DNA of 64,000 nucleotides. It comes from Nitrospirota bacterium. Lineage in GTDB: Bacteria; Nitrospirota; Thermodesulfovibrionia; UBA6902. The stretch lies in assembly GCA_016214845.1 (NCBI GenBank), contig JACRMS010000028.1, forward strand, positions 16,070 through 80,069, given 5' to 3'. The notes beneath the pieces are model-generated. The model did no database searches and was not told where the DNA came from. It saw only the letters and a list, made by a program, of their open reading frames with translations. The position numbers and the translations under genes were made by a program. Positions 55,969 through 64,000 of the stretch are shown piece by piece (positions within the stretch are counted from its first letter, which is position 1; every line of letters begins with the position of its first letter).

Positions 55969-56826
55969 TTATATCTTTTCAAGCTCCTGGTTCCTGATCC
56001 ACCCGCTCTTGCCGTCGAATCTCTCTACTTTGCTCCAGTCGTGTTTTGATTCGAGGATGAAGATCTTCATGCCTTCATAGAGGGTGAAATGTGTGGTGGC
56101 GTTATCCAGCGGTTCAAATTTTGCCTCCGCGTTTTTTGAAACGACAATCGCCTCGCTGTCAAGCACCATCACCCTGCTGTACAAAGAGAACGTGCTTAAC
56201 AGAAAAATTACCGATAGAACGCCAAGCATTATCAGCAAATATCTTTTGACAGCAGGGAAGAAAATGATCGCGATAAAGATCGCCAAGATCAAAACGTACA
56301 CAGCGGATACGAATATGGTCAACCCGTTTATTGTTAGACCGCTGAATATGCCCGATATCTTTTCTGTCATTGACGCGGAGGACTGCTGCCCGGTATTTTC
56401 CGTTCTCGACAGGGCGTAATTATAATTTGATCTCAGGTCGCTGTCGTCCGGCATAAGTCTCTTTGCCCTTTCATAATTTAAGATGGCCCTGCCCGTCTCA
56501 CCTTTTTTGAAATAACTGTTTCCGAGATTGAAATATAGATTTCCGCTTTCAACCCCCTGAGCAAGCAGTCTGGAGTACTCCCTTATAGCCTCATCATATT
56601 TGCCGCTCTCATAAAGCTGGTTGCCGTTTTTAAAGATGGATGACGGGTCGTTATCCGCGAAAGCACCTGAGACAAGAGACGCTATGAAAGCAAGCAGAGC
56701 AAGGAAAATTATTACCCGCAAAGTCCCCCTCTCCCTGACCCTCTCCCGAAAGAGGCGAGGGAATTTAACTTCCACGCTTTTGAACTTTTGCTCTTTAGCT
56801 CTTTTGTGCTTCTGCACTTCTCTCAC
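55969..56826 (-). CDS. batE: BatE-like TPR membrane protein with C-terminal SH3-like domain
   Basis: TM, TPR repeats (NLGNSYFKKGETGRA...), a second TM and a C-terminal beta-rich tail. It is the last gene of the Bat operon. Confidence 0.6.
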   Translation of the reverse strand: MREVQKHKRAKEQKFKSVEVKFPRLFRERVRERGTLRVIIFLALLAFIASLVSGAFADNDPSSIFKNGNQLYESGKYDEAIREYSRLLAQGVESGNLYFNLGNSYFKKGETGRAILNYERAKRLMPDDSDLRSNYNYALSRTENTGQQSSASMTEKISGIFSGLTINGLTIFVSAVYVLILAIFIAIIFFPAVKRYLLIMLGVLSVIFLLSTFSLYSRVMVLDSEAIVVSKNAEAKFEPLDNATTHFTLYEGMKIFILESKHDWSKVERFDGKSGWIRNQELEKI

Positions 56827-58697
56827 TCCTTATGCCTTTCGAGGTAATCAATCACTTCTCTCAAGTCCTTCAGTGTCTCATCCATTTTCATTGCGCCGAG
56901 TTCGGCAGGGGCATACCGCGCCATGTCGCATGACGCGAATATGTTTTTCATTTTACTTAAAAGGCCTGAGTCTATATTTTTCTCCTTCAGCGCGTTCTCA
57001 ACAACATCCGCTGTTATGCCTCCGGCAGGGATGTGGAAACGGTTGCCGAGATATTCCCTTATAGTCCTGAACACGGAATCATAAAATTCCTGCGGCATTT
57101 TTCTGCTGAGGAAATCCTCCGCCTCCTGGATTCCCTTCTTCGCCTTTTTGGGAGCGGACAGCCGCCGCGCGTAACCGATGTCTGTGCTGAGCTTCGCCTT
57201 GCGCTTTTGTAAGATCCACGCGGACACAAGCGCCAGAAGCGGCACGATCTGAAGGAGAAGGAAGAACGGATTTTTATAAAGGTAGCCGCCTTTCTTTTTC
57301 AATTCACCGGGAGCTTCTTTTATGTAAATAATGTCCCTGCCGAACACCTCTTTTCTCACCAGTCCTCCACCTGTCTGAGGCGCTTCCATGATCGTTGAAT
57401 TTTCCCGCTCTGCTTTTATGACCTGCAGCGGAATGGCGTTTTTTGCAAGTGTCTGGTATTGGCCCTTGTCCGGGTTGAAGAAACTGAACGAAGCTTCAGG
57501 AAGATTCCTTACAGTATCGGTTATTGGTATCAATACCTGCTCGAATATTTTCTTGTCCCCTTCCTGTTTGACCTGCGGCTCATAGGTTTTGAATCCCTCC
57601 TGCTGCTTCATGACGGGGCCGGTCACAGTATTGAAATTGCCTTTACCGGAGACGATCATCTTCACGGTGACCGGGTCTCCAACCTTTACCGCTGATGGAG
57701 AGGCTTCCATGTTGAATTTAAAATCCCCGACCGCGCCCTTAAAATTATCAGGCCTGTTCCTGTCAGGAAAAGGGAGCACGTTGATCGTCAGCTCGTTGGA
57801 CTTAAGCTCAATAGGGGTCACTTCATAGCCTCCGAAAAAATCATCATCAAAAAAATTATCAAATTGAGACGAAGGCGCCCTCCTGTTCTTTTTTGAGAGG
57901 AGATTGGCCTTGATCTTCGCCGGGCCCAGCCTGAAATCCCCTGCCTTCGTGGCGAATATCTGCGTCTTGAATTCAACGACATCAAAGTTTACCCCGCCCC
58001 TTGTTTCCTGATACTGGACCGGTTTTTCAAACTCGCTTGCTGAGAGGTGCTCATGTTTTAATTCAGGATACTGGACGTCCCGCAAGCCGACCCTGTTGAT
58101 ATAAAGTTTTATGCTCAGGGGGACCATTTCGTTTAAATATACCTTCGTCTTTTCAGCCTGCATTTTTACTGTCACCCTGTACTGCAGATTTATCTCCGGC
58201 CTTCTCTGTTCACGCGATGTCGCGGGCCCGCCCCCCTTAGACGCGCTGTCTGAAACTTCAAGCGTAAGCGCGGCGGAAGTATAGGTCTCGCCTTTATGCT
58301 GGACAGTGATCGGAGGTATCTGAAATTTTCCGGTCTTTAAAGGGACAAGCACGTAGATGTGTGTGATCGAAGAAGTCATCCTGGTATTCACTATCGACAT
58401 CATTGTGGAAGGGCCGGCATAACGCGACTGTATGCCGTCGATATTCGGAAGCTCAGGCGCGGGTATGTCTGTCGTGCCTTCAAACCGGAGATTAAGCTGA
58501 ACGTTCTCCCCCATATAAATGGCATTACGGTCCAACAACGCCTCAAAGGTGATGTCTTTGGCAAAGGCAGCGCCCGGCAGCAAGAATAACCCTGCCGTCA
58601 GATAAAAAATAATTGCCATAACGCACACTTTTTTCGATACCTCGACGTGCTTTTTGTCAAAGCAGGCGTGCATTTCTTTGTTCAAAGTCATATGCAT
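56823..58697 (-). CDS. batD: BatD-like membrane protein
   Basis: 624 aa with a signal peptide, large beta-rich extracytoplasmic domains, a TM near aa 470 and a cytoplasmic tail, as in BatD of Bacteroides-type aerotolerance operons. Its stop overlaps the batE start. Confidence 0.65.
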   Translation of the reverse strand: MHMTLNKEMHACFDKKHVEVSKKVCVMAIIFYLTAGLFLLPGAAFAKDITFEALLDRNAIYMGENVQLNLRFEGTTDIPAPELPNIDGIQSRYAGPSTMMSIVNTRMTSSITHIYVLVPLKTGKFQIPPITVQHKGETYTSAALTLEVSDSASKGGGPATSREQRRPEINLQYRVTVKMQAEKTKVYLNEMVPLSIKLYINRVGLRDVQYPELKHEHLSASEFEKPVQYQETRGGVNFDVVEFKTQIFATKAGDFRLGPAKIKANLLSKKNRRAPSSQFDNFFDDDFFGGYEVTPIELKSNELTINVLPFPDRNRPDNFKGAVGDFKFNMEASPSAVKVGDPVTVKMIVSGKGNFNTVTGPVMKQQEGFKTYEPQVKQEGDKKIFEQVLIPITDTVRNLPEASFSFFNPDKGQYQTLAKNAIPLQVIKAERENSTIMEAPQTGGGLVRKEVFGRDIIYIKEAPGELKKKGGYLYKNPFFLLLQIVPLLALVSAWILQKRKAKLSTDIGYARRLSAPKKAKKGIQEAEDFLSRKMPQEFYDSVFRTIREYLGNRFHIPAGGITADVVENALKEKNIDSGLLSKMKNIFASCDMARYAPAELGAMKMDETLKDLREVIDYLERHKE

Positions 58698-58784
58698 AAT
58701 TTAATTAAAATCCTATCGGGTGAAACAAATTTATTAGCAATGTCTGCATTTCTGCGGATGCAGCGTCTCTTTCACGGCCTCCCA

Positions 58785-59627
58785 TTACCAATCCTTCTGC
58801 ACCTCTTCTGAATGCCCTCTTCTCTCGCGGTTAAAAACATCTCCAGACTCTTCCTCGCCATAGGCGTCAAGCAGCATCCTTGCCTCCTCCGGTGACATCT
58901 CCTGTGTCTTCTGTCCGGCTTTGTCGTGGGCCTTGGCTTCTTTACCTTTTTCTGCCGCAGACTTTTTGTCCTTGTCGTCGGTTGTCCCTGTCTGTTCGTT
59001 CCCGGACTTTTGCTGCTGCTTGTCCCCCTGCTTATCCTTGTCTGACTTTGCCTCCGGTCCCTTGCCTTCCTTATCTTTCTTGTCCTGCCCTTTGTTCTGC
59101 TGCTGTTGAGGCTGGTTTTTCATTTTTTCCTGTAGGGCCTTTATTTTCTTTTCCACAAGCTCACGGTTATATTCTGCGTCCTTATCGCTCTTATCCATTT
59201 CCAATGCCCGCTTGTAATAGTCAAGAGACTCCTGATATAAATTGATCGCTCCATTGGCATCGGAGTTTTCCATGAGGCTGCCGAGTTTGTACTTGCTGTT
59301 GGCCATATTATACAATGCGCCTTCCTCAATTTTTTTATCTCCGGCGCTCATTGCCTTTGTAAATGCTTCAACAGCCTCTTGATACCTGCCCTTTTTATAA
59401 AGCGCTGTGCCGAGGTCGAAATTTACAATGTCCGAGTCAGGCGCTTCCGCCTTTGCCTCATTGTATTTTTCCATCGCCCCGTCGTATCTATCCTGATGAT
59501 ATAATTTATTCCCCTCCCTGACCGCCTTCGCAGGAGAGGCAAAGACAGGAGAAGTGAAGATTAAACAGAGTAATATGAACAAAAGAAATTTTCTCATAAT
59601 TTTTTTGTTGTCGCGATCTTTAGTCAT
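58785..59627 (-). CDS. batC: BatC-like TPR protein with Lys/Gln/Asp-rich low-complexity tail
   Basis: Signal peptide, three or four TPRs, then KDKEGKGPEAKSDKDKQGDKQQQ low-complexity region. Confidence 0.6.
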   Translation of the reverse strand: MTKDRDNKKIMRKFLLFILLCLIFTSPVFASPAKAVREGNKLYHQDRYDGAMEKYNEAKAEAPDSDIVNFDLGTALYKKGRYQEAVEAFTKAMSAGDKKIEEGALYNMANSKYKLGSLMENSDANGAINLYQESLDYYKRALEMDKSDKDAEYNRELVEKKIKALQEKMKNQPQQQQNKGQDKKDKEGKGPEAKSDKDKQGDKQQQKSGNEQTGTTDDKDKKSAAEKGKEAKAHDKAGQKTQEMSPEEARMLLDAYGEEESGDVFNRERRGHSEEVQKDW

Positions 59628-60667
59628 GCTTTCTTAGCCAATCCCTGATCCCTAACCCCTGATCCCTTATTCTTTCTCCTCTCCCTGATAAACGGTTCGA
59701 TACAGAGCAGCAGTAGCGCCAGCGCAAGAGGAATCTGAAATTTCTCATTATACCTTTTTACCATTTTGTTCTCGATGTCCCTTCTCTCCATCTTCGACAG
59801 TTTCTCATCATAGATCAGGTCCAGGCCGAATTCGGTGTTCGTCGCCCTGATATAACTGCCGCCTGTTGTTAATGCGATCTTCTGTAAGGTGTCCTCATCC
59901 AGGCGTGACTTGACCACATTCCCGCTGCTGTCTTTTAAAAATTCCCTGTGGCCGGCCTCATCGGTAACGGGGATAAGTTCGCCTTCTCTTGTGCCTATTC
60001 CGATGGTGAAAATTTTAATGCCGTCTTCCTTTGCCTTTTCAGCCCATTTGACAGCGTCACCCTCAAGGTCTTCTCCGTCGGAGATGATCACCAGCGTCTT
60101 ATATTTTTTCTTGCCGCCCTCGTAACTATCAAGCGCCACCCTGATCGCGTTTGAAATTGATGTGCCGCCTTTTGGTATTGTGTAGACGTTGATGTCGTCG
60201 AGAGAGAGCATGAACCCGGTGTAATCCGAGGTCAGCGGGCATTGTAAAAACGCGTTCCCCGCAAAGGCGATAAGCCCAAGCCTGTCGCCCTGCAGTTTCT
60301 TTATCAGGTCCTTGACAGCAAGCTTTGAACGCTCCAGCCTGTTTGGCTTTACGTCTTCGGCCAACATGCTCTTTGAGGTGTCAAGCGCGATCAATATATC
60401 AAGCCCGCTTCTCTTTACCTCTTTCCATTCAAAACCCCACTGCGGCCTCATGAGTGAAATTATAATTAAAAAAATTGAAATCATTATGAAAGCCGCCTTA
60501 AGCCTCTGCGTCCGCTTGTTCAGAGAAGAAGTCAGTTCATCAAGGAGTTCCTTCTGCGCAAACCTCTCCATGTCCCTCTTTCTCTTTCTGTACGCCCAGA
60601 GATAAAAAATGACGAGGCCCGCCAAAAGCCACAGGAAATGCATCGCATGTAAGTTACCGAATTTCAT
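59624..60667 (-). CDS. batB: BatB-like von Willebrand factor A (vWA) domain protein
   Basis: Two N-terminal TM helices and a vWA MIDAS motif (DTSKSM ... the ISDGED block). Its 3' end contains a one-arm G-rich heptamer tract (59638-59667) encoding GSGVRDQGLA. Confidence 0.75.
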   Translation of the reverse strand: MKFGNLHAMHFLWLLAGLVIFYLWAYRKRKRDMERFAQKELLDELTSSLNKRTQRLKAAFIMISIFLIIISLMRPQWGFEWKEVKRSGLDILIALDTSKSMLAEDVKPNRLERSKLAVKDLIKKLQGDRLGLIAFAGNAFLQCPLTSDYTGFMLSLDDINVYTIPKGGTSISNAIRVALDSYEGGKKKYKTLVIISDGEDLEGDAVKWAEKAKEDGIKIFTIGIGTREGELIPVTDEAGHREFLKDSSGNVVKSRLDEDTLQKIALTTGGSYIRATNTEFGLDLIYDEKLSKMERRDIENKMVKRYNEKFQIPLALALLLLCIEPFIRERRKNKGSGVRDQGLAKKA

Positions 60668-60711
60668 ATTCTATACAGCTGTAAGCTATTAGCTGAAAGC
60701 AATCAGCTAAT

Positions 60712-61773
60712 TTACGGTATCCTCCTTAGCACAGTATTATTCAAGACAACCTCAAGGAGCAGCAGGGCCAGGCCGGGAATCAGGAAGAGGTAAAACAGCT
60801 CTTCATATTCGGCATAGCCTTTCTCCTCGATACGCGATTTTTCCAGCTTGTCGATCTCTCCGTAAATATTTCTCAATGAGCCGGTGTCCGTGGCCCTGAA
60901 ATATTTCGCGCGGGTCTTCTCAGCGATACTTTTTAAAAGCTCCTCATCAATCTCTATCTTTACGTTCCTGTAGACCTTATTGCCGAACATGTCTTTCGCG
61001 GGGAAAGGCACAAGCCCTTTTGTGCCCGCGCCGATGGTATAGACTTTTATATTCAGGGCTCCCGCAGCCTCTGCCGCGGTAAGAGGGGAAATCTTTCCGG
61101 CATTGTTTATCCCGTCGGTCAGCAGGATGACGATCTTGCTTTTGGCCTTTGTGTCCTTCAACCTGTTCAGCGCGGAGCTGATGCCTGAGCCGATCGCGGT
61201 GCCGTCCTCGATTACGCCGACCTCTATCCTGTCCAAGTTCTGAAGCAGCCATCCGTGATCAAGCGTAAGCGGCGCCGCTGTATAAGCCCTTCCGGCAAAT
61301 GCCACTATGCCGATCCTGTCGTCAGGACGGTTTTTGATAAACTCTCTCACTACGTCCTTGACCACATCAACCCTGCTCGCGCGCCTGACCCCGAGTTCAA
61401 AATCCTCAGCAAGCATAGTGGTTGATACGTCGATCACCAGAACAATGTCTATTCCTTCTCTCTCGATCTTTGATTCCTGCGATATCAACTGGGGCCTTGC
61501 CAACGCGAAGATTATCAGAAAAAGCGCGGCGGTCCTCAGGATGAAAATGTTGCTGTGCAATTTTATTTTAAAAGTCGCCCGCAGGTTTTTTACAAGTTCT
61601 CCAGTTGAAAATTGTAATGCGGGCTGCGGCTGTCTTCTCCTGATGAAAAAAATGAGAGCGGCAGCAACCGGCAGTAATATCAAAACCCACGGATTCTGAA
61701 AGTGCATAAGCTCCTTATTTTTTAACCACAGAGAACACGGGGAAAAATAGAAGATGAGAAGTTGGGAAATCAA
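60712..61773 (-). CDS. batA: BatA-like vWA domain protein
   Basis: N-terminal TM, vWA domain with MIDAS motif (DVSTTM, LTDGINN) and a C-terminal TM. Confidence 0.75.
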   Translation of the reverse strand: MISQLLIFYFSPCSLWLKNKELMHFQNPWVLILLPVAAALIFFIRRRQPQPALQFSTGELVKNLRATFKIKLHSNIFILRTAALFLIIFALARPQLISQESKIEREGIDIVLVIDVSTTMLAEDFELGVRRASRVDVVKDVVREFIKNRPDDRIGIVAFAGRAYTAAPLTLDHGWLLQNLDRIEVGVIEDGTAIGSGISSALNRLKDTKAKSKIVILLTDGINNAGKISPLTAAEAAGALNIKVYTIGAGTKGLVPFPAKDMFGNKVYRNVKIEIDEELLKSIAEKTRAKYFRATDTGSLRNIYGEIDKLEKSRIEEKGYAEYEELFYLFLIPGLALLLLEVVLNNTVLRRIP

Positions 61774-61827
61774 GAAGATGCGGAAGGACAGTTTTGCTTT
61801 TTCTCAGCTTCATATCTTCTTGTCCTC

Positions 61828-62376
61828 TCAACTTCTTTTAATCTCTGTGCCCTCTGTGGTTGATTTCAGGATTTCCTTTGTCTCGTCAACAAACCTCTTT
61901 GCTGAATCGTAACTGGCCTCAGCCTCTTTTTCTCCAGGCAGATATTTCGCGAACTTCACCATATCGCAGCGCGAGAGAAAATCTTTCAGGAGGCCCTGCT
62001 GTCCGGTTGTTAAAGTCTTTGAATCTTTCAACGTGATCAGAAACTCTTCGGTAGTCATCTCCGGCGCGCGGAGATGAAAACGGTCCTCCACGTAATATCT
62101 AACAATGTTTGAAAGCTCAAAATAAAATTCCCGCACCCTGCCGCTCTTTAAATAATTCTTATTCATAAGTTCTTTCAGCGCCTCATAGGCTGTCTCATGC
62201 GCTGGTTTCAGCGGTATGACCGTTTCTTTCACTTTTCTTTTTTTCTTCCTGAAAAATTTAAAGAGGAGGACCGCGATGATTATGATCGCGAGTATGGCGA
62301 GAAGAATATAAAGATATTCCCAGCCCGGAAAACTCAGAGGCCCTTTGATGTCACGGATGTCTCCTTCGCCGTTCAT
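61828..62376 (-). CDS. DUF4381-like small membrane protein of Bat operons
   Basis: One TM (YLYILLAILAIIIIAVLLF) followed by a KKKRK stop-transfer. It sits between the DUF58 gene and batA, as in canonical Bat operons. Confidence 0.5.
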   Translation of the reverse strand: MNGEGDIRDIKGPLSFPGWEYLYILLAILAIIIIAVLLFKFFRKKKRKVKETVIPLKPAHETAYEALKELMNKNYLKSGRVREFYFELSNIVRYYVEDRFHLRAPEMTTEEFLITLKDSKTLTTGQQGLLKDFLSRCDMVKFAKYLPGEKEAEASYDSAKRFVDETKEILKSTTEGTEIKRS

Positions 62377-62382
62377 GCCTGA

Positions 62383-63258
62383 TTAAATCCTCCGCTCCCT
62401 CATCCTGAAAAATCTGTAAAGCTCCCTGTCATAAGGGACGTCCGTGCGGATGTCTATGTGGTCAACGTTTATCGAGCGCAGGAGTTTCCGCCTTTCCTCA
62501 AACATCTTGACCGCGTTTGCGTGATACTCATTTCTCAATGCGAAACTTGATGTATCAAGCAGGCTACTCTCACCCGTCTCAGCGTCCTCAAGGCGCACAA
62601 TGCCTATGTCCGGCAAGTCAATTTCCCTTGGGTCTGTAACTGAGATGGCAACAACATCATGCCGTTTATTGGCGGTAGACAAAGACATTTTGTAATCCTT
62701 CGCGTAAAAATCCGAGATCACAAAAGTGATCGTGCGGCGTGTTATGACCCTGTTAAGATACTCCAGCGCAGCGGTAATATTTGTGCCCTTTTCCTCCGGC
62801 TCATAATACAGCGCCTCCCTGATTATCCTGAGCACATGGCTCAGCCCTTTCCTTGGAGGCACGAATTTCTCTATCTTATCGGTGAAGATAATAAGCCCGA
62901 CCTTATCGTTATTTTTAACTGCGGAAATTGCTAACAGGGAACACAATTCAGCGGACAGATGCCTCTTGAGTTTCTTGACCGTTCCGAAAAACGAGGACCC
63001 CGACATGTCCAGGAGAAGCATGATGGTCAGCTCTCTCTCTTCCATAAATTTCTTTATGAAAGGATGCCCCATTCGCGCGGTCACATTCCAGTCAATCGAG
63101 CGGATGTCATCGCCGGGCTGGTATTCCCTGACCTCCTCGAACTCCATGCCCCTGCCTTTGAACACACTATGGTACTGCCCGGCAAATACGTCCGTGACCA
63201 TCCGTGAAGTGGTTATCTGTATCCTGCGTATTTTTTTGAGTATTTCCTTAGGGATCAT
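62383..63258 (-). CDS. DUF58-domain protein (MoxR-partner, vWA-like)
   Basis: 291 aa with FKGRGMEFEEVREYQPGDDIRSIDW, the hallmark DUF58 N-terminal motif. Confidence 0.75.
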   Translation of the reverse strand: MIPKEILKKIRRIQITTSRMVTDVFAGQYHSVFKGRGMEFEEVREYQPGDDIRSIDWNVTARMGHPFIKKFMEERELTIMLLLDMSGSSFFGTVKKLKRHLSAELCSLLAISAVKNNDKVGLIIFTDKIEKFVPPRKGLSHVLRIIREALYYEPEEKGTNITAALEYLNRVITRRTITFVISDFYAKDYKMSLSTANKRHDVVAISVTDPREIDLPDIGIVRLEDAETGESSLLDTSSFALRNEYHANAVKMFEERRKLLRSINVDHIDIRTDVPYDRELYRFFRMRERRI

Positions 63259-63271
63259 TTATATATCAAGG

Positions 63272-63342
63272 ATCAAAGGTACAAAGGCACAGAGGCACAA
63301 AGTGTATTAATAGTCTTTGTGCCTTTGCTCCTTTGTGCCTGA
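63272..63342. repeat. Heptamer-tandem hairpin (CAAAGGT ACAAAGG CACAGAG GCACAAA / complement) between moxR and the DUF58 gene
   Basis: tcaaaggtacaaaggcacagaggcacaaag-tgtattaatagt-ctttgtgcctttgctcctttgtgcctga. Confidence 0.55.
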
Positions 63343-63346
63343 TTCG

Positions 63347-64000
63347 TTACGGCACCTCTATTTCCTCAAATATCTTTTTGATAATATCATCGGACGTCTT
63401 CTCTTCGGCCTCGGCTTCGTAGCTGACGATGACCCTGTGCCTCAGGACATCAGGGCCGATGGATTTGACATCCTGCGGCGTGACGTATCCCCTGCCCTGG
63501 ATAAACGCGTAAGCCTTTGACGCGATGTTCAGATATATGCTGGCGCGCGGTGAAGCCCCGTACTGGATCAAGCCGTCGAGTTCATTCAGCCTGTATTTTT
63601 TCGGCTCCCTCGTGGCAAACACAATATCGAGAATATATTTTTCGATTTTCTCGTCCATGTAAATGTCATTCACGACGTTCCGCGCCCGCTGAATGTCCTC
63701 GGGTCCGACCACCGCGTTCACCGCGATGTTCTTGTTGGTAAACGCCATGCGCTTCATTATCCTGTGTTCCTCTTCAATAGTGGGATACGTGACGTTTATC
63801 TTGAGCATGAACCTGTCAACCTGCGCCTCAGGCAGGGGGTAAGTGCCTTCCTGCTCAATGGGGTTCTGCGTGGCAAGCACCATAAACGGCTCATCAAGAG
63901 GGAATGTATCTCCCCCTATGGTGACCTGCCGCTCCTGCATCGCCTCAAGAAGCGCGCTCTGGACTTTCGCGGGCGCCCTGTTGATCTCATCGGCAAGAAT
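63347..64000 (-). CDS. moxR: MoxR-family AAA+ ATPase (C-terminal part; N-terminus beyond the window end)
   Basis: The reading frame stays open to position 64000. The visible part has the sensor-2 and C-terminal MoxR blocks ([31 protein letters not shown]). Confidence 0.8.
   Translation of the reverse strand: MLADEINRAPAKVQSALLEAMQERQVTIGGDTFPLDEPFMVLATQNPIEQEGTYPLPEAQVDRFMLKINVTYPTIEEEHRIMKRMAFTNKNIAVNAVVGPEDIQRARNVVNDIYMDEKIEKYILDIVFATREPKKYRLNELDGLIQYGASPRASIYLNIASKAYAFIQGRGYVTPQDVKSIGPDVLRHRVIVSYEAEAEEKTSDDIIKKIFEEIEVP

Overview
The window is from an anaerobe-like bacterial chromosome, about 50% GC overall, with a mosaic accessory stretch at roughly 37.4-55.9 kb. Left to right it contains:
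- **1-11.4 kb, minus strand:** a complete 14-subunit-type NADH:quinone oxidoreductase operon. nuoA-K are intact and nuoL is cut by the window edge. Palindromic repeat elements sit in most intergenic gaps.
- **11.6-22.8 kb:** a signalling neighbourhood. It holds a sensor kinase with a periplasmic CxxCH motif, three paralogous receiver (REC) proteins (stand-alone, REC fused to a GcvH-like domain, REC fused to NuoE), two PHP/GHKL-ATPase-style regulator pairs, DRTGG-like small proteins, and an OmpR-type two-component system with lipoproteins.
- **22.4-27.2 kb:** a paralogous soluble NuoE/HndB/NuoF/NuoG-like operon. Its NuoG-like subunit lacks the catalytic Cys/His of formate dehydrogenases.
- **27.3-37.4 kb:** a cupin, an S8 protease, archease-RtcB, an MqnA-like gene carrying an in-frame heptamer microsatellite, a large HD-GYP sensor, an A-type Fe-S carrier, Dus and a VF530-like protein.
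- **37.4-44.4 kb:** an AT-rich defence-like island. It has a truncated DUF1016 nuclease fragment and a 1035-aa metallophosphoesterase-STAND(NB-ARC)-TPR protein. It also has a DUF4062-AlbA_2-HATPase_c_4 gene flanked by ~100-bp direct repeats that copy the 3' end of the neighbouring gene.
- **44.4-53.0 kb:** a GC-rich ~2.9k-codon cyclic beta-1,2-glucan synthase-like gene.
- **53.7-55.9 kb:** an AT-rich islet with HigB plus a HigA-ImmA/IrrE-peptidase fusion.
- **56.0-64.0 kb:** the Bat/MoxR operon, moxR-DUF58-DUF4381-batABCDE, with moxR partial.

A distinctive feature throughout is that nearly every intergenic gap carries a hairpin built from tandem ~7-nt repeats. Two more specific repeat families recur as well. 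No rRNA, tRNA, CRISPR array, integrase or transposase could be supported from the sequence.
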